Shown piece after piece: positions 50,513-61,192 of a DNA stretch of 64,000 nt. Origin of the DNA: Setoptus koraiensis (Eukaryota > Animalia > Arthropoda); assembly GCA_048013815.1 (NCBI GenBank), contig CM106585.1, forward strand, positions 8,432,001-8,496,000. Reading direction: 5' to 3'. The translations under genes were made by a program, and so were the position numbers. The notes under the pieces are model-generated. The model was given only the letters and a program-made list of their open reading frames with translations, was not told the origin of the DNA and did no database searches. Within the stretch, counting starts at the first letter, position 1. Every line of letters starts with the position of its first letter.

Positions 50513-53236
50513 TCATTCTGAGTTTTTTTCAAATTCTTGACGTATACGATCGATATTGTATATGCTGGTAGTCACATAACCTTGAGGCCCAACTGCGTGT
50601 CGCCTATGTATACCATATCGCACTGGTTGCTCGCTAGAAACAGTTTCATCTTTTTTGAAATCCCATTGACTCGAGTAACTATCTTTGTCGATATCCATAT
50701 TTTGGAAAATATCAAAATCATCTTGCATGTTTATGCCCATGTTGCTCTTGACGGAAGAGGAATCTTTAGAGTTGGAATTCCTATACATCCTGTCAATATC
50801 GATAGGAAAGGCATACTGGTGTAGATAATCCGGCTTGCTGTAATTTGGATTTGGATTTGTGGAATTGACAACCAATGAAGAGTCGGTCCGGTTTGTCTGT
50901 GAGCCACCAGTTGAACTGTTGACACCGTAAGAGCCATCATCTACCTTTTGAATCAACGATTTTTGGTCGATTCGGTCAGATTTACTGGTTTTGTCTTTGG
51001 AAATCTTCGGCAAGTTGGACTTTCCAGCCAATTCATCAGTGCTATTAGTATTGTTATGGCCCGATGGCGACTGACTAGTCTCGCTGGCGCCCTGATTTTG
51101 TTCGCTGCTTCCTTCTTGCTTTTGGGGATAGTTGCTTTCGTCTTCACCATCGCCTTGTTGTTCTTGTCTTCTTCGTTGTTCCTCCTCCTCTTGTTTCTGT
51201 TTTTGCTCCTCTTGTTGTTTTCTGATTTCGGCAATGTCATTATCAGATAATATACCAGGCGGAAACAAGTCTGTGAAGTCAGAATCTCCAGCAATATTTT
51301 GGAAATTTTGTATATCTGGATCATCTTCTTGATTGGCCTGGTTATTTTCAGCATTACTGTCGTTGCCATTATCGTCGGGACTTTCATTGTTTTGTTGCGA
51401 TTCATTAGATTCACCACTATTGTCTGACTGACCATTATCAGAGATTTCATTAGAGCCATCGTCTCCACCCACCGAGTTATTGTTCTCGGTAGAATTGCTA
51501 TCTGTGACGTTCTTTTCGTTGATAGATGCCTCGTTAGCTTTAGAGTGGTTGGTGTGTCCTTGATCATTGACTGATGAATTGCTGTTCGAGTGGAACTGGC
51601 CCGCAATTGTATCACCGTTGTGTTTTTCTTTAGTCTCAGTATTGTTGAGAGAGCCACCACTTTTGTTTACCCTGTCAGTGGAATGACCGCCCTGAACCGA
51701 AGATACTGTTCCATCATATTGCCCGACGGAAGGACGATTCCTCGCTGCACCATCCCGACCATGCGTGAGATCTTGTTCGGATCGCTGATCATCATTCAAT
51801 ATTGGACTGGGAATTTGTTTCCGGTTTTGGTTTTTGTTGGGATGATCTTGTTCTTGTTCTGAATTCCGATTTTCACCATCACCATCACCGTCACCATCAT
51901 CCGATTCCTGATTGTTTGTTCGATCGTCGCTCTGATTATCTTCTTGTTGATCATCGTTACTTTTACTAGCATAAGAGCTATCATGCTGGTTCTGGCCGCT
52001 TCTCTGGGGGTTTCTTCCAACTTCGTTCCTTTGGGGTGATTCTTCGTCGAACACAATATCCTTATTGTTTTTATGGTCATTGATAGGTCGCTGCTGCTGT
52101 TGTTGCTCGTTAGAATCTTGTTCTTTTTGTTGTTGCATACGTTGTTGCATTTGGTGCTCCAGACGACGTCTCTCGTAGGCCATTGCAGCTAATTGTTGAT
52201 TTCTGGCGGCTACTATCATCTGATGTATTGGACTTAATGGTTGCAATTGACCAACACCAATTGGTTCTTGGCTCGCACGTGGATCATTCACTTCTTGACT
52301 AGAAATCAATAGAGGTGGTGGTGAAGGTCTGTGGTAGATAGGGGATGTTAGATATGCCGGATGGCCACGTAAAAACAGTGGATGTATATGACGTGGTTGT
52401 TCGAGACCGCTCGAATAAGGATTCTGATAGATTCTTGAGTTTGGATTATCACTGTGAGACATAGTGGTATGGTTTGGATCACCATCATAACGATCATTGG
52501 TAGGATCGCGAGAATTTATTCTGGGATTTGTTTCACGACCATAAATAACATTGTGATCACCATTATGGTCGTTCCTTAATGCAGGCGATTGTGGACCTCT
52601 AGATCGATGATGCAAGGGCATGATAGTGGGCCTCAGCAATGGTGGGTATTCTCTGTACTCCTCGGAAACTTCACGTCGTTTTCTGCGCGATATTCTAGGA
52701 ATGCTATCATTGCTTTTTTTGTTATGCACTTCTGATTGTCTATTCAAAGTTAAAGTGATCATCATCAGTGTGAACAATTTTCTTAGAGCTTCATCGTTTT
52801 CGGTAACTTTAGTATCATTCGCGCGCACTTTTTTTACGTTTTCAGGTTTAAATATTATTATATGGAATGTTGGTTTAGCACTTGAATTATTCTTTGTCGA
52901 GTTCGTATGTGTATGTTGGGGCCATCTCCGCATACTAACGTTAGAACAGGCTCTTATGAGATATAACATTATTAGGAGTCTATTTTGCGGTGTCAGTGAT
53001 GGTATTGTTTCTTGAGTTTTATTAACTTCGTAGCTGTTATTTCGATACTCTAAAGTAGACTTATCAAAATCGTATCTGGGGTGAGACCTGTCCATCGCTG
53101 ATGGAACAAATTTGTACAAAGTCAGCTCTTTCTTCTCACTCATTTGATTGAGTTCCTCACTGATAACGTTGTGTATATAGAAAAAGATCACAAAAATCGG
53201 AACTAGTGATGAACTTAATACTAATTTCGACGCCAT
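50513..53236 (-). CDS. Uncharacterised 907-aa putatively secreted, low-complexity (Q/N/D/S/E-rich) protein
   Basis: Long uninterrupted ORF, N-terminal hydrophobic signal-like segment (LVLSSSLVPIFVIFFYIHNVISEE), RRKRR furin-type site. No recognisable domain. Confidence 0.75.
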   Translation of the reverse strand: MASKLVLSSSLVPIFVIFFYIHNVISEELNQMSEKKELTLYKFVPSAMDRSHPRYDFDKSTLEYRNNSYEVNKTQETIPSLTPQNRLLIMLYLIRACSNVSMRRWPQHTHTNSTKNNSSAKPTFHIIIFKPENVKKVRANDTKVTENDEALRKLFTLMMITLTLNRQSEVHNKKSNDSIPRISRRKRREVSEEYREYPPLLRPTIMPLHHRSRGPQSPALRNDHNGDHNVIYGRETNPRINSRDPTNDRYDGDPNHTTMSHSDNPNSRIYQNPYSSGLEQPRHIHPLFLRGHPAYLTSPIYHRPSPPPLLISSQEVNDPRASQEPIGVGQLQPLSPIHQMIVAARNQQLAAMAYERRRLEHQMQQRMQQQKEQDSNEQQQQQRPINDHKNNKDIVFDEESPQRNEVGRNPQRSGQNQHDSSYASKSNDDQQEDNQSDDRTNNQESDDGDGDGDGENRNSEQEQDHPNKNQNRKQIPSPILNDDQRSEQDLTHGRDGAARNRPSVGQYDGTVSSVQGGHSTDRVNKSGGSLNNTETKEKHNGDTIAGQFHSNSNSSVNDQGHTNHSKANEASINEKNVTDSNSTENNNSVGGDDGSNEISDNGQSDNSGESNESQQNNESPDDNGNDSNAENNQANQEDDPDIQNFQNIAGDSDFTDLFPPGILSDNDIAEIRKQQEEQKQKQEEEEQRRRQEQQGDGEDESNYPQKQEGSSEQNQGASETSQSPSGHNNTNSTDELAGKSNLPKISKDKTSKSDRIDQKSLIQKVDDGSYGVNSSTGGSQTNRTDSSLVVNSTNPNPNYSKPDYLHQYAFPIDIDRMYRNSNSKDSSSVKSNMGINMQDDFDIFQNMDIDKDSYSSQWDFKKDETVSSEQPVRYGIHRRHAVGPQGYVTTSIYNIDRIRQEFEKNSE

Positions 53237-54560
53237 GATATTCTATTTGCTGTCTGAGAAATACGTGCTGCTTGCAAATGAATGTAGCCCCAAGCGTAAC
53301 AAATTTGTAACTAATGCTGTTGGACAGCACAAAGTGAGCTTATAATGCAGATTTCTACTGCTTGACTGCCATGATATTACATAATGGTTTGTATTTGATA
53401 GGTTCTAATTATTTGCCGACACTTTTGTTCGCCGACAGACACAATCTTACTTACAAGAACTTTACTATGAATGGCTCCAAGGACAATGGCTTAATGAGGT
53501 CCGATACAAATTATACGCTTAAGTTTATTGTTTATTTTCGGTTTTCAGGATATCAAGCCTAAGCTAATCTTAGATTTGTGGAAATTCCTACCTTATGCGC
53601 CAAAATAGTTTTGTTTTTCATATGCGAGGTCAAATTAGAGGATCTACACATAAAAAATGCCCTTCAATGCTGTGCCAGTAATAGTAAACAAGTTTTTTAT
53701 CGGCTGTCATTCTAAAGTCGTTACTTTGTCATAACGGTACACAACCCACTCAATTCATTGCCATGGGTCTCCAAGACAATCGCTTGCTGAAAACTTTCAT
53801 GGTAGCCTAGGTAAAGGCATATGATACAGCACAACTGGAAAAATTCAACACAATATCTCAGACCAGCTTCATTTAGAACTGGTCACACAAAGAAATTCCA
53901 GTAAGTAGAACGCAAAGGAGCTTGCTATGTTTGCATTCGAACAAGTTGCAACAAGTGATTTAAGCTTATGTTACTGTAGTTGTTTACATCTTAACTAGGT
54001 AATTTTGCTCTCCGATCGTAGTCGCCATTCAACTCAACACGAGTCAACTTGGAGCTCTATGAAGTTTGGAGTAGATATGAGTACAGCATCACCCCATAAC
54101 CAAGCACCATAATTTGGATTGTTGGTTCCGCTTGAGTACTCAGATAATTACTGTTTTTCAAGAAACTCAAAGATTGACGAGCACGACGAACCCACAGATC
54201 ACTTGAGAAGCATCGTTGGACCATAGATGCAGAATGATCGTCTTCAAGTAAAGTTTCAACTGAATTGGATGGAAAAATGAAGTTATTTAGGTTATACAGA
54301 GCTATGACAGGTAGTCAATTTACTAATGAGAATTCGAAAGTCAAATCGATGCGTCAAATTGTATATATATAAAACAAACTATGGTCGTTTATTGTATATT
54401 ATTGTTGTCCACTGAAAAGCCTTGTAAGCATCACACATTCTCTGTTCAACTACTTGTCACGACATTGTGATTTTTATATTGTATCTGCTGGTTGACAAAA
54501 ATGTACGAACTTTTTTCGTTCTTCAAATCGAATGCTGTGTGCCGTGTGAAGCCTACTTTC

Positions 54561-54803
54561 TCATCCATAGTAAGGATAGTGATGATAATGAGAACCGTAA
54601 GAACCGTAGTAAGGATTGACACCGAAATGACCATATCCAACTCCATATCCTCCATAGTAAGGTCTGTAATGGGCATGACCACCAATTCCATGGTAATGAT
54701 GGCGATGATGATGATGAGCTTGAGCACTTGCCGTTAAAACAAATATGACGATGGCCGAAAGGATCATCATGGCTACGATGCTTCTTGTGGTCAGGTAAAC
54801 CAT
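54561..54803 (-). CDS. Small secreted His/Tyr/Gly-rich peptide, 80 aa
   Basis: MVYLTTRSIVAMMILSAIVIFVLTASAQA signal-like segment, then a 51-aa tail with 13 His, 13 Tyr and 12 Gly. TATAAATA upstream (54928-54921, minus strand) and AATAAA downstream (54393-54388, minus strand). Confidence 0.8.
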   Translation of the reverse strand: MVYLTTRSIVAMMILSAIVIFVLTASAQAHHHHRHHYHGIGGHAHYRPYYGGYGVGYGHFGVNPYYGSYGSHYHHYPYYG

Positions 54804-54920
54804 TGTTTCGAATAATGTACTTTTTTTGTTTTGTAGTGTGTAACTTAAAGTATGAAAATACAATGTTCTATCGAGATATTAGCATAGATGATTGTTTGAA
54901 GTATGACAATATGAAGTTTA

Positions 54921-54928
54921 AAGTGGAA
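54921..54928 (-). promoter_or_regulatory. TATA box of the His/Tyr/Gly-rich peptide gene
   Basis: TATAAATA on the minus strand about 120 nt upstream of ATG 54803; a second TATATAAA at 54972-54965. Confidence 0.5.
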
Positions 54929-55468
54929 GCTATTTATATGACAGTAAAATGGTGTTTACTTTGCTTTATATAGTGGCTAATTCGCGCTGACAAACTCTAT
55001 AATCTTTAAAACGTTCACTCTGTAATTCACAGAGCAAGGGGGACGTGTTCTACATAATAATTAATGATGCATAACTGATACAAGCGATGGGAATCTTGTT
55101 GCAATCTTCCTGGAGCATAAAGCCACTTGCATGAGAATATCACAAGCTTGAGATGTTATAATATTTAGTATGATACATATTCATGGTTTCCATTAAAGAG
55201 TAGATATAAATAATAATTATAGTATGTATATTTTTATAATATAGTATGCTGTTTTGATAGCAACCTTGAATTTATTTACATAAGGAAGTAACCACCAAAT
55301 GCTCTCTGCCTAGATGGGATAATTGAATCCTGTTTCTGAAACTTGATTTAAGACATTCTTCAGAAGATTATGTGGTATTTCGTTCACACAAACATACACT
55401 CACATGGTGACAACTCCTTTTTTAGTTGATTGGTTATTTACTTCTGTCTTTTCACAGTTTCACCTCAG

Positions 55469-55921
55469 TCATTGGGATGACTCTTGCCTGAATGAAGTGT
55501 CGTTGTTGTTGCCCGCTGAGAGTTTCTGATGGGGATCAAGTTCAACCTGACGATTTTGGCTTGACGGAGCGATAGCCTCTCTTGGGGTTTGGCCGGCAAA
55601 AGTAATGATGAAAAAATAAAGTGGCGATGTGCTGACTAGTATGAGTAGAAACATGAAGAATTGTACAACCGGATGTATCATCGCAAGAGGTGTTGCGATA
55701 AGGAAGAAAGTAGCAGGGCTTATAGTTCCGGTCAGTCTACGTCCGGTAATGTTGACCTGGCAACTTGTTGCTGCTTGATTTTTGATGGGTTTGTCCAGTA
55801 CGGTTGAATGACCAGCTTGGCCACCGATTTGCCTCTTGTCATCATGTGCGGCAACGTTATTAGATGACAACTCCTGCGCGGTGGCGGCATGAAGGTTCAT
55901 TTGATGTATCTTGGGAGTCAT
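55469..55921 (-). CDS. 150-aa membrane protein with a central hydrophobic hairpin, promethin/LDAF1-like
   Basis: HPVVQFFMFLLILVSTSPLYFFII aligns by eye with HPFLAFTLLVFIVMSAVPVGFFLL of human LDAF1/TMEM159 as recalled. The ORF is open and ATG-initiated; the family call is tentative. Confidence 0.45.
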   Translation of the reverse strand: MTPKIHQMNLHAATAQELSSNNVAAHDDKRQIGGQAGHSTVLDKPIKNQAATSCQVNITGRRLTGTISPATFFLIATPLAMIHPVVQFFMFLLILVSTSPLYFFIITFAGQTPREAIAPSSQNRQVELDPHQKLSAGNNNDTSFRQESSQ

Positions 55922-57337
55922 ATTGATGTTTAATATTACGACAATTTTAATAATGTAAATATATGTGTTATTAATATAATAAAGAGTGAAATTATTGGTG
56001 TGTTCACGAGAATGTGTTAATAATAGCTGTTGTTGTTGTCGTTGTTGTTACGATGTGGTTGGTATAAATAAGAACAGTGTAGCCTAAATAGTGTGCCTAT
56101 GTAATTGTATCGTGAATTATAATGTATGCTGATTAGAAACTGATGTGGTGCTGATTTGTGTGTGAGCGGCCGTAATAGATGGGCTACGATATAAATAGAT
56201 ATAAGCGTAGATGTTTAATACAAGATGATGCGATAATGTTTAGATTATTTTATAGTGAAGCTTGCCAAAAATATTTTCAGTGGGTAGATAAAGCGGAGTG
56301 ATAGCACCCTCTCGGAGAGTGTGTTTGTAACGTTGATGTGTGTGTGTGTGTGTGTGTTCAAGTGTGTTTGCTCTAATATATTCCACTGATATTATTACAA
56401 GTGGACTATATTATTTTATTATTATTATTCCAGTGGTAATGGTTGGTTTTATTTTATTAGCTTACACAGAACGAAATCGGTCTTGTGAGATTGGGATTTA
56501 TCTTCAATGTATCTGTATTTATTATCCGCGTGTGTGAGTGTGTGCTATCAATGTGATGTTATCGCCAACGAGACTGGCACACACCAATGTGTTAGATGAT
56601 ATAGTTATTATTTATTTATGTTGATGTTATGTCTGTAAGATGGTAGACGGCTGATGTCTGTCTTTGATCTAGTGGATGATCAGATCGTAGAAGTGCTGAC
56701 AAGTGACTATTCGCGTGAGACAATTTATTTAAATCGTTTTTTGTGTTGTGTTTTTTTTTACGCCGAGTAGCTGTTATAATCAATAATTGTGTGATAATCA
56801 AAAATGATCAGTTTTACTTTGATAGACTTTGATGATTCCAATGGCAATACAACAAGAATTCTCTCAAATGAATTTTCTCAAATGTGAATTCTCTCGGTGA
56901 ATTGCAACTCAAACTGCACTCAACTATTTGTGTCAAGTGTCGATAATTCGATTCGTTTCAATGTTCGATTGTGTGGATGGTCTATGTAGAGAATATTCGA
57001 TTTGCGTGTCGAGTTAAATGGTCGTTTAAATAGAATTTGAGGAAAAAGCCTACAACAATTAGCAGCAGTGATCGTCACAAAAGCAACTGTCGTTGCCTCA
57101 CAGAGCTAGTGCAGAACAGCCTGCGATGATGTTATATTGTATTTGCATTCTCTGTTGTTGTTGTTGTTGTTGTTTTTCGTTCTCAACTCGTGTGTTTGTC
57201 TCTATTGTACCTCTCCACAAGCTGTACCGTCTGTCATCTGTATGTGTGCTAGCACTGGCAGTGTGAGTAGAGTGCGCATTCGACGACACAACCTGCCTCT
57301 GTGCCCCATTACTGTATGATACCAAGTGAGTATACGA

Positions 57338-57354
57338 AACAACAACAACAACAA

Positions 57355-57425
<71 letters not shown>

Positions 57426-57432
57426 ACAACAA
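57338..57432. repeat. Compound (AAC)n-(AGCAAC)n-(AAC)n microsatellite
   Basis: Seen directly; it generates the spurious poly-L, VAVA and NSNS ORFs in the track. Confidence 0.95.
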
Positions 57433-58601
57433 GATGGCTAGCAGGCAGATACACAGTACAGTTTGTGCAGTGAGCTGCTATAGGCTTTCCAGTCTGGCTA
57501 GGCTCTCGCCAAGTCCGACTCAATCCTTGCATAACCGACACACAATGAGAAACACAATGAGAGGTCATGGTGAGACTGACTAGCTGCGCACACACACACA
57601 TCGTTTGGCTCAAGTCGCAGAGTGTTAGCCTATCTATTTAATGGATCGAACTTTAGCGAATCGAACTGGAAAATGTGCGCGCGATTTGTCGTCGTTCGAT
57701 CGTTTGATCATACTCAGCTTATGTAATTTACACTTTTGCTACAGCTTTTATTCGGCTCAAGTTTGGCCTATGTAGGTAAATTGTATAACTGATTATTGGC
57801 TAGCCGAAGAACGGCGATAGTCGACATCAGGCTCATTTCGTTCGCGAATCACACATTATGGCGTGATATCAATATTATTATCAACATTATTCGCACACTT
57901 TGTGTGTGTGACACACAAACTTAACATGTACAAAATTGTCTATCCCCATCTAATGACATTTTCTTGTCTACGCTATTCCGCTGATGATTTCTTGCTATAC
58001 CTCTTCCTCTTTAATTACATTTACCACAGCACACACACCAATCAATAATAGCAAGTTTTTCCTGTGGCAGCCAACAACAACAAGCCAGATACGTCATCTA
58101 GACTAAACAACATTTTCGCGGGTATCTTGTTGCTATCAAGCTGTTCTTGTTGTTGTTGTTGTTTGTGTGCAGCGCTGAAGAAAAAAAGCAAGCATCGACA
58201 ACCCATTTTACACTAATAAATGTAAACAGGTAAACTCTTACAGATAAATAATTCAAACTTGAATACGACTACTAGACTTGTTATGTGTTCATTAACAGTG
58301 GCACTGTTGGTAGTAGTGGTTTGCTCAATCTTGTGTGAGTTGAAATATAGCTAGAGTAAAAACACATTGACGCAGTGGAAATATCAAGAACGAAAAAAAG
58401 GAAAAAGCTCAATGAATCAAAATGGTCAATCCACTGCTACTAGCCAGTTAGCTAGCTACGTATATAACATCCGCACAATTCAAAGGCGGTTTCGGTTTAG
58501 CCTTGAGATCTCTCTGTATATGACGAGCTGGCCAGTCTAAACAGGCGACCACAGCCACGGAGCAGGTTCAAAGGTTGTTTTTTAATCGCTAACAGCAGTG
58601 C

Positions 58602-58630
58602 TCTCTCTCTCTCTCTCTCTATCTCTCTCT
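58602..58630. repeat. (CT)n / GAGA tract
   Basis: ctctctctctctctctctctatctctctct. Confidence 0.9.
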
Positions 58631-59449
58631 ATCCATTCTAATTTACTCTGACTCAAGCTAGAAACGTTGCTTGTCTTTTCAATCTGGATCAGCTAGTGAA
58701 GTAGTATAAATAACCTATTTAGGTTTGAGCGCCCAACTTAGCTAACTTTGAGAGGCCAATGGACAACGTTCTGACTCGTTGTTGGCGTTGTGTCTTGCAT
58801 GTTACAAATTGTTTAATATGTGGTCTTTGTTCTGGCCCGAGCTACATGCATATGAGCATTCTTTTCGGCCATACATGTTAAGTTTGCAGTTTATAAGATG
58901 AATTGAAACTCTCCATCTACTGACAATGTTACTTTACTATGTATAGTTCACAATATGATTGTATACTCACATGGCTGTAATACACACACTATTCGCCAAG
59001 AACAAATAGTACTGTTAGTGAGTCAAGCAACTAATGAAAAGTCAGCGAACCCATTGAAAGAGCAGCGCCCACATGGCAGTTGAGTCGGATCGAGTTAACG
59101 GTTTTGAAGCGCTAATAATAACGCTGGCATATTTTTCGGAATATATGAGTCTATTGATATTGAGTAAAATCTTAAAATAAGACTAATGAAGATAATGGTC
59201 GAAATAGCTCCAATTTATTATGTACATTATTTGTATGTTCACGTAATAAAGCTCGGGCAACCGCGACGATGTTCAGTTCATTTTGACTTGACAGCCTCAT
59301 TGCAATGATCCTTGCCAAGAGGGCTCTCACGAGCTAAAGTTCAAATGAATAGGCGTGCTGAGTAAAATGAAAATTACAACATCATTGTCCCATCATGTGG
59401 ATAAGACCTATCTCGCCATATGGTTTGATGGTGCATTAACAGTATGCTT

Positions 59450-60022
59450 TTATAGTCTTTCGCCGTACCTGGTTTTTCCTCTATTCCAAGGTACATAACG
59501 GTATTTCCACATGTGTTGTATTTGTTTGTGCATTGTGAAAAATGTCAATATAATGAAGTAAACCAGGAGTATTGGCCAAAAAACGGGCAGATCAAATATA
59601 TCAAACAATGACATAGCTAATGACACCAAGGTGGCTCTTGTGGCTTGATGCCAGAATTTAAATTCTGGTAGTTTCCGTATGAAAGGTTTAAATTCATCGT
59701 TGACTCTAGTTGGTAGTGTTGGGCCTGTATCGTTTGTGTCCTCACAAGCTGCACGGAATTCTGGATCTATCCTGGGACTTAGAAAGCCTATCAATAAATT
59801 TAAATAGAATATACCTAAACCATAGCAGATCATATACCAGCCATGTGCCAGTACAACCCTTGCCATAAATAAAAGCAAAATAACCAATGAGAAGATCCAT
59901 CTGGAGACGACATGAGGTGTCCAAAGGTCGAGCAATAACCGATACCTCTGACTGAAAGTGCGGCCCAATCGAGATAGTGTTGTCTCTCGATCAAAAGGTT
60001 CCATTGTTGGGTTTGATGTCAT
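59450..60022 (-). CDS. RER1: Protein RER1 (Golgi-to-ER retrieval receptor), 190 aa; intronless
   Basis: LLDLWTPH...RW, YGLGIFYLNLLIGFLSPRIDP, LPTRVNDEFKPFIRKLPEFKFW, FDLPVFWPILLVYF, QIQHMWKYRYVPW...GKTRY. Confidence 0.97.
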   Translation of the reverse strand: MTSNPTMEPFDRETTLSRLGRTFSQRYRLLLDLWTPHVVSRWIFSLVILLLFMARVVLAHGWYMICYGLGIFYLNLLIGFLSPRIDPEFRAACEDTNDTGPTLPTRVNDEFKPFIRKLPEFKFWHQATRATLVSLAMSLFDIFDLPVFWPILLVYFIILTFFTMHKQIQHMWKYRYVPWNRGKTRYGERL

Positions 60023-61192
60023 CTATTGGTGTCGAATGTTTTGGTAAATTGACTTGATCAATAATAATAAATTACAATTTGTATCAATGATAATTAGTGA
60101 TGAGTCATTATTGGTCCTGGCAATGGGTTCAAGATTTTCATGTGTTTCTCGTACTGTCTGAGCTGTTTCCAATTTACTCACTCTTGTTTGTATAAGAATC
60201 CATCAGGGGCGCTGGCATCGCTCAATAAATGTACACCCAAGCGTGCTCTGGTCAGATAAATGTTTTTCCTCTTTGATTGCTTGCGCCTTGCAGCGTGCAT
60301 CGAAGCAGATGAGCGCACGCGTTTTTCAACGCAACTACCGGCTCGCCTGTTTGATGTCCTGCAGTTAACTATTGCCCAGCATTAACTGCTACTCACTAGA
60401 ACTGTATGCAGAGAGCTGAGCAACGCTGCCCTAGCGGATTTTTTTACTAACCGGTTTGAGTAAGTTGAAAAAAGCTCACATTGTACACCACTATAGCATG
60501 GTGCATGCCGGGGGAGATAGCCTCCAAGGGAGCGGAGAGATTGGGAGACGGGAGGGCATGGCTAGCAGCGCACTGTCGGTTGGTACAGTTTGTATAGCTG
60601 CTGTCTGCCAACAGTGCACGCAGAGGCCATTCAGTAAACTGCAATATCTCATCTGCTCGCACTCACGCAAGCACAGCCTTGCAGTTTGAACTCTTGCTCC
60701 CTTAACTGCAGCTGAGCGACCTGCATCAACACAAATGACGGAGTAAAGCAAACAAATAGAGAAATAAAAACATTCTTTTCCTTCATCCTAACTGACGCCC
60801 ACACGTGAAATGCATATTTATGAATATTTTACCGTAATATAGATCAATATGGTCGAATTGGCTAGAGTTATTACCAATTAATTTATATCCCGAGATAGTC
60901 CGCTAGTCTACACTTGAGTTTATTATGGTATTCGTCTAGATTCGACAGTTCGATCAAAACAATTTTTTTAATAGTTGTTTACTTCGTTTAGTCATTTGCA
61001 ATTTCAGTTAGAAATACCCTATATATCTGAGATAATAGATTATAATCCGATGACACCACTTCCAACAAATGATATTCCTGTCGATTTATTAATTGCTTTT
61101 GCTTGATAACTACCAAATCACAACGGTCCGTGAACGAACTGAAGCCATAAAGGTCAGCTCTGATTGCATAATAAGGTCATTTAAATTTAGTC

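Noticed and set aside
57098-57613. Poly-Leu, (VA)n and (NS)n ORFs
   Set aside because: Translations of the compound AAC/AGCAAC microsatellite, with no other coding support.
60480-60730. GC-rich segment considered as RNase P/MRP RNA or a miRNA hairpin
   Set aside because: CR-I/CR-V-like stretches cannot form P4 and the hairpin at about 60569-60618 is irregular. More simply part of the RER1/LTO1 divergent promoter or 5' UTR.
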